Part shown: positions 47,977 to 61,000 of the stretch, piece after piece | Layout of the letters: each line of letters begins with the position of its first letter | Position numbering within the stretch: the stretch's first letter is position 1 | Assembly (NCBI GenBank): GCA_965603825.1 | Contig: CBFDEM010000001.1 | Coordinates: 623,919 to 687,918, forward strand | DNA: 64,000 bases | Direction: 5' to 3' | Origin: Blepharisma stoltei ATCC 30299 | Taxonomy: Eukaryota > Protista > Ciliophora | Notes under the pieces: generated by a model | Seen by the model: only the letters and a program-made list of their open reading frames with translations | The model's database searches: none | Told to the model about the DNA's origin: nothing | Program-made: the position numbers and the translations under genes

Positions 47977-50328
47977 TTATTGCTTCAGTTTCATTAATTT
48001 CGCTGAAAGTTGAGAGGCTAAATCATCAGATCTGCTTCGATCCTTTTTCACAATATACCGGTGAGCGATATCTACACTGTTCAATACTCGTGGGACAGAG
48101 CAAGTCATGTCTGATCCTCTTGGAAATGACAAATCGCTTCCAAAATCTCCAACTATTCCTTGTCCCCATCCATAAACCTTGCCACTTTTAGCTAGGCAGA
48201 TCATGTGGCTTTCTCCGCACTGAATATCAATTATCATCTCATTCCCCAAACTGTTGATTAAAGTCGGAAAAGAGACTCCTTTTACATTGATTCCTAAGCC
48301 CAGCTGTCCTTGTTCTCCATTGCCCCATACATAAATTTCTCCAGACTCTGTTAAGCAAGCTGAATATATAGATCCAGCTGACACTTTAATTGGCTTTTTA
48401 TTAGGAATTTTCAGTTCTTTTATAGCTGTCGTCATAACTCCTTCCTTCAAGTCAGAGGCTGAAATTCCTAATTGTCCATCCTCAGCCCAGCCAAAGACAT
48501 TGAGCTTCCCATTACTATCAAGCACCAATGTATGGGCCTGACCACAGGCAATTCCTTTGCACTTTTTTAATTCTCTGATTTTCATCGGAATCAGCGCGAC
48601 ATGTCCGATCTCATCTTTTGCCATTCGGGATAAGCTTATACCAAGCTGATGCACATCATTTCGGCCCCACACCCAAACTTGGCCAATTTCAGAAAGGGCG
48701 ACATTATGGTAGCCTCCACATTCAAGATAAGAAATATTTTCCTGGAATAAAGAATTTATTAATGTAGGAGTTGTGTATGAATTTGTGTCGCCATGGCCTA
48801 AGCAGCCTGAAGAGCCATAGCCCCATGTGAAAACTTTCCCATCTCTTGAGACTGCTGCACAGTGCTCAAAGCCACAAGAGATCCATTTCACAGGGTTATG
48901 GCCGAACTCCCTCAGAATTTTTGCAGAAAATAGAGTGTTTAGCAGAGAATTTTGGTCTTCTAGGTAGATTAAAGCTCGGCTTTTTCCTTCGTAGTTTGAA
49001 AATTCTAAAGTGGGAACCGTTGAAAACCCGCAGGCAGCAACTGAGAACTGTATAGAGATGACTTTAAGCTCTTTATTGTTTTTTCTCGTATCAGATCCAG
49101 AGTCTACACTTTCTTCACAGACAACTATTTTTTGTAGGATTGGGGAATTCATATCTTGATACTCAAAGTCGTTTCCTTTTTGCTGAAAAACTGCTTTAGG
49201 ATAACAGTCTTCAGTTGGAGATTGATCTTTAGCACTAGTCGCCAACTTTGCCTTGCTTGCTGTCTGCCCATTTAAAAAAAGCCTATTTGCAGCACTAACT
49301 CTTATCGACCCTTCATCCCCAGGTGGTGGACTCGCATCACTTTCAGCAATTGAAAATCTCTCAATTTTCGCTTTTTTCAAAGCTTCAATTGACCTAAACA
49401 AGAATTCGCTATTTTCTCCATCTTCTTCAGGAAGCAATTCTGCCACACAGCTAGGTGTGGTTTCATAAGCCTCATCAAGACTTTCAAAACTTTCTTTTGC
49501 TTCTTGAATTGCTATTGGCTTTATATTTCCATCAAATAAAATCTCACTTGGCTCAATGCTGTCCTGATTAAAAAGACTCTCTTCAGCTTGCATGCTGACT
49601 CTTGTGTCGAAAATTGGCCTACTATCTCTAAATGTTGTATTTTCCTCACTATCTTCATCACTTCCTAATGAACTTTCAGGGGTAATTGAATGCAAATGCA
49701 TGTCGTTGTCTTGTTTGCAAGCAAAATTTCTTTGTAATTGCATTATAATTGCTTTTGAGTTGATTGAAATTTCTTGCTTGTCGATTTCGCTTAGGACTGC
49801 TGAAGATTCCATTGAGTTTTCCATTGTAAAAGAATCCTTTGCCAGCTCATCAACGAGGTTAAAAAGCTCGACTTCGCTTTGAAGAGAGGCCCGGGATAAG
49901 AGAGCCTGAGAATAAGTGCTGCCATTGTTGATAGAATTTCTTGGGATTCCTATAGAGCTTTGGTCAGTTTCTAATGGATTAACAACATCTTGGGCGTTTC
50001 CGCGTCTGAAAGGACTTTTGTCGTGAAGGAAAGTCAAGGCTGATTTTAAGCTGATTAAGTCTGCAGATATAAAATCCTGACGATCAAGGATGGCTGTGAG
50101 GTTTCTTTCTTTTGATGAAGAAATTATTGGAAATTTGTATAGTGGATCTACTGGAAATGATTGGAATTTAGAAGGAAGATTTGGGGAAATTAATAATCCG
50201 TTGTATGTAGGAGAAGATTGAAGTAGGAGAGAAGAGAGAGAAAGGCAAGCATGATGAGTGTAGTCTTCGTTATGAGTGAGATGGGCTGATGATTTTTGGT
50301 TGCGTTGAGCTGAATATGATGGCTCCAT
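47977..50328 (-). CDS. RCC1-repeat protein with a long acidic/Ser-rich N-terminus (783 aa)
   Basis: Repeated CGxxH...G.V..WG....GQLG motifs in the C-terminal half. Confidence 0.85.
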   Translation of the reverse strand: MEPSYSAQRNQKSSAHLTHNEDYTHHACLSLSSLLLQSSPTYNGLLISPNLPSKFQSFPVDPLYKFPIISSSKERNLTAILDRQDFISADLISLKSALTFLHDKSPFRRGNAQDVVNPLETDQSSIGIPRNSINNGSTYSQALLSRASLQSEVELFNLVDELAKDSFTMENSMESSAVLSEIDKQEISINSKAIIMQLQRNFACKQDNDMHLHSITPESSLGSDEDSEENTTFRDSRPIFDTRVSMQAEESLFNQDSIEPSEILFDGNIKPIAIQEAKESFESLDEAYETTPSCVAELLPEEDGENSEFLFRSIEALKKAKIERFSIAESDASPPPGDEGSIRVSAANRLFLNGQTASKAKLATSAKDQSPTEDCYPKAVFQQKGNDFEYQDMNSPILQKIVVCEESVDSGSDTRKNNKELKVISIQFSVAACGFSTVPTLEFSNYEGKSRALIYLEDQNSLLNTLFSAKILREFGHNPVKWISCGFEHCAAVSRDGKVFTWGYGSSGCLGHGDTNSYTTPTLINSLFQENISYLECGGYHNVALSEIGQVWVWGRNDVHQLGISLSRMAKDEIGHVALIPMKIRELKKCKGIACGQAHTLVLDSNGKLNVFGWAEDGQLGISASDLKEGVMTTAIKELKIPNKKPIKVSAGSIYSACLTESGEIYVWGNGEQGQLGLGINVKGVSFPTLINSLGNEMIIDIQCGESHMICLAKSGKVYGWGQGIVGDFGSDLSFPRGSDMTCSVPRVLNSVDIAHRYIVKKDRSRSDDLASQLSAKLMKLKQ

Positions 50329-50550
50329 TTAAAAAGGTGATAATATAGAAAATCATTTGCAAGTTTAAAAATATTTTGAGAGCTAAATGATAAAAAAATC
50401 ATATTCTGTGTTGATTCAAGGAAATTTCTTATAATAGATTAATATTAAAAATAATTTTATGAGGCTCTGAAATCGAAGAAATTAAAATTAAGAAAATTTA
50501 CTTCTAAAATAAGTGATCAAACTTATAATTTTAATAAAGATAATTTGTAG

Positions 50551-53500
50551 ATGGAGAGCTCAAAAGATAGAAAAGACCAGAGAAATCTTGCACTTGAGTC
50601 AGTATTTAGAGCGTCAAACAATCAGATTAACCAAAATTTCCAACGAGCCCAAACTCATACAGCCACTAACCAAGAAGAACCAAAACAAATCCCAACAAGC
50701 AATCACAATCCTTCCAGCCACACTGAAGAACCAAAGACCAAAAAAAATCCGATGGCAGCTTATAAATCCCCGCAATCTACCCTCAAACCAGAAACTCAAA
50801 AAGCTAGAACTCCAATTGAAGGAGCCAAAGTAGCCACGCCAATAATTCCTCAAAATGAGCGAGTTGTGGAAGCAAAAGAAAAAAGTACTTCTTCGTCTTC
50901 CAGAAATTCAGTTCCAAAAATAGAGGAAAATAAATCGTTTGGAGACATTAAGCCAACTGATACGAAAGATTTAATCAATTGTACAAAAATTACAGAAAAC
51001 GAAGTTAGGCTAATTAGAGAAACTAACTTTCCAGTCAAGAAAAGCACAAAAAACCCTGAAGCAAATCCTGCTCAATCTGTTCAAGTAAAAGATTCAAGCA
51101 AATCAGAAGCACCTCCTATAAGGAAAAGCGAAGGAGAATGAAATGATCGGCATGAAGTTAATAAAGAAGAAATGAGACGGATCTTTTCAAGTGAAAGCAA
51201 AGCTTCACCAGATCGCAATCCGATAACCTCTCAAACGAGAGTTGAAGCGAAAACGCATTCTAAAGTTACTGGAAACGGACTTATTTCAAGTGAGATCATA
51301 CAATTTAAAGACAAGAACCAAGAAATTAAGCAGAATAATAGTTTTCAAGCCACTTCAACAAACCAAGTTTCTGTGAATCAGAAACCAGTTCAAATTGTTC
51401 CGCCACCTCGCCCATTAGCTTCAAACCCACCACCTCTCCCATTAGTTTCAAACCCACCACCTCAGCCAGAGAAAATGCATTTTTTTGCAAAGCCAGCTCA
51501 AATTGTTCCAAACCCTCTAAATAAAGTAGCAGATGATAGAAATATCGTTCAAAATGGCAATGTGCAGCCTCAACCGCCTTTGACAAATAATCAAATTTTA
51601 CAAGCAGGCCAATCAAAAGATAAAGCCCCTTCTCTAAACACAATTTTGGGAAAGTTGAAAAGTCCTTCTCAGGTGCCCAGCCAGCAGCCCGAAAGCCAAA
51701 CTAGTACGCCAAGTTCGTATCCTTCCTCAGCTTTCAAGCAGCAGCCAAATAGTCAAACTAGTATAACAAATCAATATCCTTCCTCCGCACCCAAACAGCA
51801 GCTAGCTAATCAAAACAATTTGTCTTCTCCATTTTCTGCTTCAGTCCCCAAGCAACAGGAACTTAACGAAAGGAATTTTGCTAATTCATCCAAAGCATCC
51901 TCGCAACACTCGCTTGATCAAAGCAATTGGTCTTATGATAATCCTTCTCCAGCACCCAGGCAGCCGCCAGAAGACAAAAGCAATTTGGTGCCGAATCAAG
52001 TTCCTTCACAAGCCAAACCGCAATCATTTCTTCAAAGCAACGTGCCTAGTGCATACTCATCTTCAACGCTCAAGCAGCAGGCAACAAATCAAACTAACGC
52101 TCCTAATCCATGCTCTTCCCCAGCCACCAAACAACAGGAACCTAACCAAAACACCTTTGCTAATCCATCCTCAGCATCCTCTCAATCATCTTTTAACCAA
52201 AACAACCGACCTTATGATAATCCTTCTCCAGCACCCGGGCAGCTGCCAGTAAACAAAAGCAATGTCGCGCCAAATCAACTTCCTTCACAACCCAAGCCGC
52301 AATCATTTCTTCAAAGTAACGCGCCTAGCTCATATTCCTCCTCAACACCCAAACAGCAGGCAGCAAATCAAAACAATGTTCTTTCCCCAGCCCTCAAGCA
52401 GATACCGCTTAGTCAAAACAACATTTATAATCCAAATCCTTCCCAAACTATCAAGGCACCACTTAGTCAAAACAATGAAAATCTGAACAATAGAAATCCT
52501 TCTCCAGCGCATATGCAGCCAATAAGCCAAAACAACTTTAAAAATGATTTTTATTCAGCTTCAAAGCCTAGCTCAGAAAGTTCCAGTAAACCCAATTTTT
52601 CATCAATTCCACGTGACATTAGCCCGATAGTCTACAATCGAGATTCATCTCCATATTCATATCCATTTGATAGATATTCAGATCCATTTGATAGATATTC
52701 AGATCCAATCCAGGACAACCCATGGTCTCAAATCCCAAATGGAGGGAAACCGCTTTATCAATTTGCAAATAACTATAGTCAGCAAGCCCAAGATAAAAAG
52801 GCTGAAATACCGAATGCATGCAGGAGCGCAAATAATTTTGATAATCAGCGTCTAAGAGATGCCAGGCCACCAATCAATATACCACCCCCACCTCTCTATT
52901 CTTCAGAAATTTCTCCATATGACAGCCAAACTAGTCCTTACGAGGACCCCCATTTTATTTCAAATCCATTCATGCCTAATAGCTTTCCCATAAAAAGATC
53001 AGTAAATTATGACGAACTCTTTAATTATGTGCTTGACTTTCAGTTTGTCAAAGCAGGGCTAGATGCTATGGACCCTCCAGAAATTCCAAGCATCTTTAAT
53101 AGCCCACATGATTATGAGAAGTGGCTGAAGCCTGCATTCTACGAAGAGTTTGATGTCTATCTGATGCGGGCTTATAATGAAATAAATAAAGCACCGTCAA
53201 TCACATCAAAGCTAGAAATTCACTCTGATTATGGGAAAATCAGGAAATCTTACTACGAGGAATCACTTCAAAACCATGATGTTCTAATAATGATTCCTGA
53301 AAGCCTGATCGGCCGTTCCAATCCTTTACAGTATATGGAATATAAGAACTTTTATAAGATTGGAATTATAAATAAGTTGCCACCCCCCAAAGGAACAAGG
53401 ATCATATGAAATAATGGGAGAGCTCTTGAGCCGTATGAAGAGGAAAACTTTCGTATTTATACCCTTGATAAGATGATTTCATCAAGCCGAGAATTTTCGA

Positions 53501-55125
53501 TTTTCCAGCTTTTTCCTTCTTTTAAGCTTCAAAATTACGTGCTATCGCCGAATCTGGCGGTAAAAGAACCATTATCGGATGAATTGTTGGATTACATCGC
53601 AACCATTCACCATGAATTCAATGAATTTCAATTTGATGCTATTAGAGAAATTCTACAGGTAACTGAAGGGATATCACTGCTTCAAGGTCCTCCTGGGACT
53701 GGAAAGACTAAAACCATTATAGGAATTCTTTCTGGATTTTTAACTAAAACTAGGCTGCGTAAGTTCCCAAATATCCTGATATGTGCGCCAAGTAACATCG
53801 CAATTGATGAAATCGGACTCAGGATAGTAAGAGACGGACTTTTTATAGGAGGCCAAGATCCTGAAAGCATTATGATCATAAGAATTGGCAAAAGAAAACA
53901 TTGGGAAGGAAAAGATAATGATAATGAAGAAGTAGACGAAATCAAGTCTATAAGGCTAGAATTTCTTATTGAGCAAAAGCTAAGAGAGCTCAATAAAAAA
54001 GATACAAGAGAAGATATTGAAAGCGTAAATAAGCAAATTAATGAATTTAAAGGATTGGTGGATTTTGATGAAGATGCAACTGAGTTAAATGTGTTTATCG
54101 AGCAATTACAGCAAGAATTAGTTCAACTTAAAAAACAATTGAAAGATTACAATGATGCTAAGAAGTCTATAAGAGCTGACTTAGTGAAAAGGGCTAATGT
54201 GGTTTTAACAACCTTGAGCGGTGCTGGCTCTGAAATGCTAAAAGCTAAAACTTTCGATTATGTAATTATCGATGAGGCTTGCCAATCAATAGAACTCAGC
54301 TCATTAATTCCTTTTCAATACAATCCCAAACATGTAGTTTTAGTAGGAGACCCAAACCAACTTCCAGCAACTATGCTTTCAGAAAAGTCCGAAAAAAATA
54401 ATTTTGGCCGCTCTTTATTTGAAAGACTAGCAACAAATGGGGCTGAATATAACTTCCTTAACACTCAGTACAGAATGAATCAAGAAATTTGTGCTTTCCC
54501 AAGCAACTGCTTTTATAATAGCAGACTGGTATGCGCTCCAGGGTTCTTTGAGAGCCGACCAATTCCAGAATGAATTAATCCTTCAGGGATTATGCTTTTC
54601 GATTTAGCATCTTCTGAAGAAAGAAAAGAAGACAGCGAGACAAGCTTCTACAACCGAGAAGAAGCAATATTTATAGAAGAAATCTACCGTTATATAAAAA
54701 CTAGATCTTCAAGCAAAAATATCGAAATAGGGGTAATCACACCCTATGCGAAGCAAACTGAAACAATTCAAACACAACTTACTAGATTTCATCAGAAAGA
54801 ATGGGAAAAGCATATAGAGGTTGGGACTATAGATGGGTTTCAAGGAAGGGAAAAAGATGTGATTATTTTATCGCTGGTAAGAACTGAAGGGATTGGATTC
54901 TTATGGAACAAAAAGAGGATTAATGTCTCGCTTACAAGAAGCAAGTTTGGGCTCTGGGTAATTGGAAAGGCGGACTGCCTAATATCTGATGAAACTTGGG
55001 GAGCATTTATTCAGCATTGCCAAAGCCAGCAGAAACTTGTAACATGCTATAGCTTTAATGATGTTGCCCATTATTTTTCAAAGGAAAGTGCAAGTCATGT
55101 TGAAAGTGATTATCATTATGATTAA
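50551..55125 (+). CDS. Sen1/senataxin-like (Upf1-like SF1) helicase with a large Q/N/P/S low-complexity N-terminus (~1524 aa)
   Basis: QGPPGTGKT, CAPSN, IIDEACQ, LVGDPNQL, QYRM, ITPY, TIDGFQGREKD, RINVSLTR; four ORF pieces in frame across TGAs at 51139, 53407 and 54571. Confidence 0.88.
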
Positions 55126-55838
55126 TATATGCGAATCTTATTAATAATATATAAATTGAGATTTAGGCTGATAATCGAAAGATAATTCAAATTTTAATCT
55201 GAAAATATGCTTTTTAAATTCTATCTAGTTTAGTGTAAAGACACTTATTGCATGCTCACTATATATAGCTTAATCATCTTTATAATTTTCCTATTTGTAT
55301 GATCTGAGGTAGACAGTGATGTACTTTGTCATCAATTATCAAAAAAGTGAGCTAGAGATATTAGCATTGAGGTTTAAGTAAAATTTAGTTAAATGAAGAC
55401 CAAAGGTAAGTTATAAAGCAATGGAACTCTTAAAGAAATTTGTTTTGAAGCGAATAGCAGTTCGCAATTCAAAGGAGAGCTATTCTTGCCTAAAATACTG
55501 AATAGGATAATATGGAGCCAAAATTTTGAAATCAACTCGAATTGCTTAATTCCCAAAAAATTTGACTGTAGAATCTCTAATTGATGAAATAAGAGATTCT
55601 CAAAGCTGTCTCAGTCAAAATTCTAACGATCAATCGTTGAATCCTCAACAATTGAAAAACAAAAGATCTGTCACTTTGAGGAGATCGAATAATAGAGAAA
55701 TAGAGAAAGAGTTAAAAGACCTTGCTTATTAAATAAAGAGATTTCTAACTATAGTAAAATATATATTTTAACACTTTTTGCAGTAATCAAAAATAGTGTT
55801 CAAATGCCTTTAAGTGGTAAAGATCCATTTATAATTTA

Positions 55839-57025
55839 ATGATCAAAAGTGAAGCAATCTTTTGTCTCTTCTACCTGACATTCCTATTCGCTTCACATTC
55901 AAAGGCTGAGAATATTAGCGATAAAATTCAAAATGACCTAAAAGACCATATATATTATCATGTATTCTTTGTTGAGGATTCTTTCAATAATATTAATTCA
56001 GCTGAGAACCTCAGATTTAAAAATGAGCCTCTGCTTGAAGCTCTTTCAAAACAAGCTTTTTCAAGACTAATTACTAATAATTTTAGCTTTGAAGAAGAAA
56101 AATCTTGCAAAAGATATTATAATGCTTTTTCAACTAAAACAAGCGAAGAATATATTTTGTTTCTTTTAGGCAAAATTAGCCAAGATGATAAGATCAGCCT
56201 AAAAAAATGCAAAAATCATAGCATTTATCTTGCATTTTTAAATATTGATGATATCAAAAACATCAGAGAAGTTCTCATAAGTAAAGATCTTAATATCGAA
56301 AACTACTATGAAAAAGAAATTCGTTTTGAGCACATAAATATAAATGAACTGATAATGATTGTAGATTCAGAAATGCTTTCCCAAGATTGCAATCCTACAA
56401 TAAGCCAATGCAAAAACTGCACTCAAGCCAGCCCTGAACTCTGTGATCAATGCAATACTGGATACTATTTAAGTTCGTTTGGTAATGAATGCTGCATTTC
56501 TCCATCTTGCAATACTTGCCCAGAAACAATGCTTGCAATTCTTGTATGCCAGGCTATTATCTTCATGATCCAAACTGTCTGCCCTGCCCAAATGGTTGCT
56601 CAATGTGTAATGGGCCAGATTTATGCCTAGGATGTTTTGATCAGCCTAATTCTATTATATCCAACAATAAGTGCTTTTGTAAAGATAAAAACGCAAGTTT
56701 TATTAATAATAAATGCGTATGCAATGGCAGATTCTTCTCTAATAATGGAGTATGCTCGCCTTGTGGAAAAGGATGTGAAATTTGCCTATCTGAAACAAAT
56801 TGTCTTGGCTGCTTTGATGATCTTGATATGGCAAATGAAGGAAATGGAAAATTCAGATGCATTTATTCGGGATATGTTTTTAATGAAACAGCTCATATGT
56901 GTGATTGCCCGAAGAATTGGATCCCTCAAGGTCTCCAATGTGTAGAAAATGATAGTGGGTCGGGAAATAATTTAGTAGTTTCATGGGCTCTATTAATATT
57001 TGCTGTGATTAGCATAGCTAATTAA
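55839..57025 (+). CDS. Cys-rich (furin-like CxxC repeat) surface protein with signal peptide and hydrophobic C-terminus; contains an apparent frameshift near 56520
   Basis: Frame 1 (55839) runs into CKNC/CDQC/CNTC repeats; the repeats continue in the 56489-57025 frame (ACNSCMPGYY...CLPCPNGC). Confidence 0.68.
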
Positions 57026-58020
57026 TAATCAGAATCTTTTCTGAGCGAATTTTGCTTTATTTAATAATACTCTGTTACCTCACTTTGAAGTAGTATGAAA
57101 AAGAATAGGCAAAAAGCATTTAGATTTTTAAGAAGGTAAATAAGTTTAGCTTACGAAGCAGTGAGCGCTACCGACCAGTCTTATATTTTGGCATATTTTC
57201 TTTTTCAATCTTACTCATTTTTACTTGCTTTCCTTACTTATTTCTTTACCCAAAAATTTCTCCCTTTTCATGGTCATTTGATTTATGGCATTCTTCATTT
57301 TCCATTTTGGCACCTGGCTAATATATATGGCCACTGATTTCTTACTGAATCTTCAATAAAAGTGATTTGTTTAAATGCTTATTGATTCCGATTCAGTTTT
57401 ATTGTTGTCATCCCTTATGGAATATCAATTTCAGGGCTATTCAAATCTTTTGCTTCTGCTTTTCTAATAGCTTTTTATTGTAATATCTTCATAAATCAGT
57501 CAGTGTTTCTCCCAAGACCTCATTATCAAAATAGATCTTGAAAAGCCTATCGGCCTTCACGAAAAATCAGATTCGCGTGAATTTCTTCCAGAAATTGAGT
57601 TCAGTTGGTAGCCATTTATAGTAATTCCTTCTTCTTTAATTCAATGGAGAGCCGAGAGTTGATCTTCAATATCAATATTCATCATTCTATTTATTTATTG
57701 CATAAAAGTTAAGTTGTGTACTATTGTCAGCATATATGCTGATTTGCCCTAGAGAATGCTAAAGCATGGGTGCCTTATTAGTTGAGCCAATGTCCTCAAG
57801 GGCGTCGAGCTCATCAAAGAGAGTATATTTAATATTGAAATAGTACTTTCCTAAAATTCTAAATGAAAGCAATAAAATGAAAAAATAACTTTTGAATTAA
57901 TAACAACAAAATTGGAAGGCTAATGAGCACACAATATTCGAGATTAGGATAAGCCAAAATTCAATTTATTCAAGCTATCAGCTAAATACTTTAAACTAGA
58001 ATGAATTGATAACTTTATAT

Positions 58021-61000
58021 TTAATAGTTATTATTAAAAATATGATCTTGAGATGAATTTGATAGATTCCCAAAATTCGGAACTTTGTCTTTGTTTTCTA
58101 TAATTTTTCCTTTAAGCTTTGCTAGTTCCATAGCGCTAATTTGATTTCCCATTGAAAATTTGAAAAACATGGTGATATCGACGACTTTATCAGCAATTAA
58201 TAAGCTTGGAAAAAACTTGCACTGAATGGTAATACCAACTGCTACTAAGATACACCACACTAAGAATTGAAGCATAAGCCATAAGATTGGAGAGTCAAAA
58301 CGTGCTAATCAATAAAGAGATGACAAAATATAATTCCATAAAATAGCTATATATGAGATAGTCAACCAAAGATTGACTCGGTGATAATTGTAAGGGCTTT
58401 GCTTAAAGCATAAAAACAGTATTAATACCAAAATGATGATGCAGAAAAGGCCATGCAAAGACTCATCATAGGGTTTTGAAGTTTTAGTTAACACAACAAT
58501 GAGAAGCTGGATAATCGTTTTTTCTATGGTAAAAAGAGGTTTTGCTTTTATATTAATGTAATCATTGGTATTCTCATAATAAATTCTAAAATAAAGAGAA
58601 AGAGGAATATAAGCAATTAAGGAAATTATTGAGAAAACTCCTCATATAAGATATTTATCGCCCCAGCAATAAGTTGCACAGTCATGCTTAATAAAAGAAT
58701 CAGAAACGTTTGGACCAATTCCTTTGTCACATTCAAAAATACTTAATATTATTGAAATCATAGGTACAAACATCATATTTCCTATTATTGGCAGCATAAT
58801 CATTGAAAGATCTCTTGCATAATTCAGTATCTTAAATGTTTTGAAAGCTAATAAAAATGCTGAAGCAACACAGTAGCAAGAAATAATCAATGCTAAATAT
58901 AAGTAGTCTCAATAAGCATCACCTGAAACATTAGAGTCAAAATGAATTACTGAATAATTACTTAACCAGGAAAGCCAAGGAAATAATCCACTTATATCTG
59001 GCCCTTGAGAAATAAATTGAAACAAATCTATAACTATAATCCCCATTACAATATAATCTTCGAAATGGGAATGGATAGGTGTTGTTAATTTTTCTATCAC
59101 TATATCTTTTCAGAATATTTTCCATAAATAAAAAGATTCAATAATTGTAATAAAAATAAATGAGATAGTAATTGCATATAAAATTCCAGCACCTCTTTCA
59201 GAATGAGAAATATTCCGAGCAGGAAATGGGCAATCATTTTCATATGTTACTAAGTCACTTGGTGCAATTGTAGTGTTATCATACCATATAATTTCAGAAT
59301 AAAAAGTAATCAATTGAGAACTACTAGCATCATATTGTCCTACAAGTTCTTCATACATGAATTGCTCTTTTTCATTTCATTTTAAGTTAAAAATCACAAT
59401 TGTAGGTATGCTTCTCTGATTGCCCTCCGGCTCAATCGATATTGACCCAGAGCATCCTAAAAATTTTTGTTTTCTAAGATTTTCATTCATTACTTGGTGA
59501 TCATTCACGTTTTGGCCTTGCTTTATAGTAAACTCTATTCCATTTAGAAGCAGAATTGTCGCATCAAATGCTAAGCAGCGAAAATCTGTCTCATTTCCAT
59601 ATTCTTTTATAAACCCGTTTTTTATTTTTTGTCCATACTCACCAATCCATTCGCCTTGGGCAGTTATAACTGTACCATACAGCAGCTCAATAATTTTTCT
59701 TTGTTGAACTAAATCAGTTTCCCACACAATAGAATAAGCGAGCCTTGCATTAGATAAAAATAAAGCGTCGCCCCTCCTTAATCCTGCGTCATAAAAACTT
59801 TCAACTATATAAAACCAAAAGGGAGGAGTTAAAAAGATAACAAAAAGTCTCACTTTTAAGCTAATTATTTTAGCAAATCAGTTTTTTCATTTAGGATACT
59901 CATCTTTAGTGTAAAACATGTCCATAGTTCGAAGATCAGGACTATTTGCAATTTTCATATTATTTTTTGCGATTTTTTCCACAAAATAATTATAAGTCCC
60001 TAAATTATCTTCGTCGTAGATGATAATAAAATGTTTCCAGCCGAAAACTCCTGCAAGATTTAAGATGACGCCTGTGTTAAATCTTTCATCTTTCGTTACA
60101 GTCATAAATTCAGGAAAAGATGATTTGTTTTGCGAAAGACTTGATATGGCATATGGTGAAACGTTAGGTATCGAATAATTTAAAGACCTCAATGCATATA
60201 TATAGCCGATTGCCATAAAAGGATATGGGGATGTTAAAAACCCCACCCCAGGAGTATTGAGCAACTGAGAAAAGCAGGAATATGCATAACCATAATCATA
60301 AATTGACACTCCACAGTCGCAAACGGAAAAATCTGGCGCGAATAAACAATCTGCCTTCTTAGCACCTGCCGAAAGGAGTCTTGAGACTTTTTGGAAGGAG
60401 GGTAGCGTGCCCGCAGGATTTTCCAAATTTGGTAGAGCAGCAGAGTCAGGCTAAGCGATAAAGCCTCATTTACTTGACAGTTTTGTACCTACAGGGAATA
60501 AGTCTAGCAAGGCCAGAGATACCAAATAGATAATCATTTACGATTACTATTCAGCAGCGGAGCTGCCCCAGGCCTTATGGCCTTTTAATTAGCCAGTTGT
60601 CAAGTCTAGTCTGCTTATCTTTTTTCAGTTTCTTTTATTTCATCCTCATTCCTTTGGTTTTCTTTTGCTCTTGCTACTAGCACCTTCTTGTGGAACCGTT
60701 TTATTGCCAGGTCTATCCTTTTCAGCTCTACTTCTTTTCCTTTTCCCACCATCTGCCTAAACTTTTCCTCAATCTCCCAACCCTGAAGCGCCAATTTCAC
60801 ATTGTCGTGCTTCCTTCAGCGGGCAGGGCCCATAGCAAACCCTTATGAACTTTTTCCCACTTATTTTTTCTATTTCACCTAACTATTTTGGATGCTTTTC
60901 TCTTTCTTCAAGTAATTTTACCACTTTTGGTGTTTTTCACCCTGACGACCGACTCTCCTAATTGCCAAGTATCATAAGTTCCAGTGCTCCAACCGCTTTA

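Noticed and set aside
55300-55735. Possible decayed ORF between the helicase and the Cys-rich gene
   Set aside because: Multiple stops and no identifiable motif.
57130-57840. Coding-like, slightly GC-richer minus-strand stretch
   Set aside because: Interrupted by TAA/TAG and no recognisable motif; possibly a decayed gene or element, but unsupported without a search.
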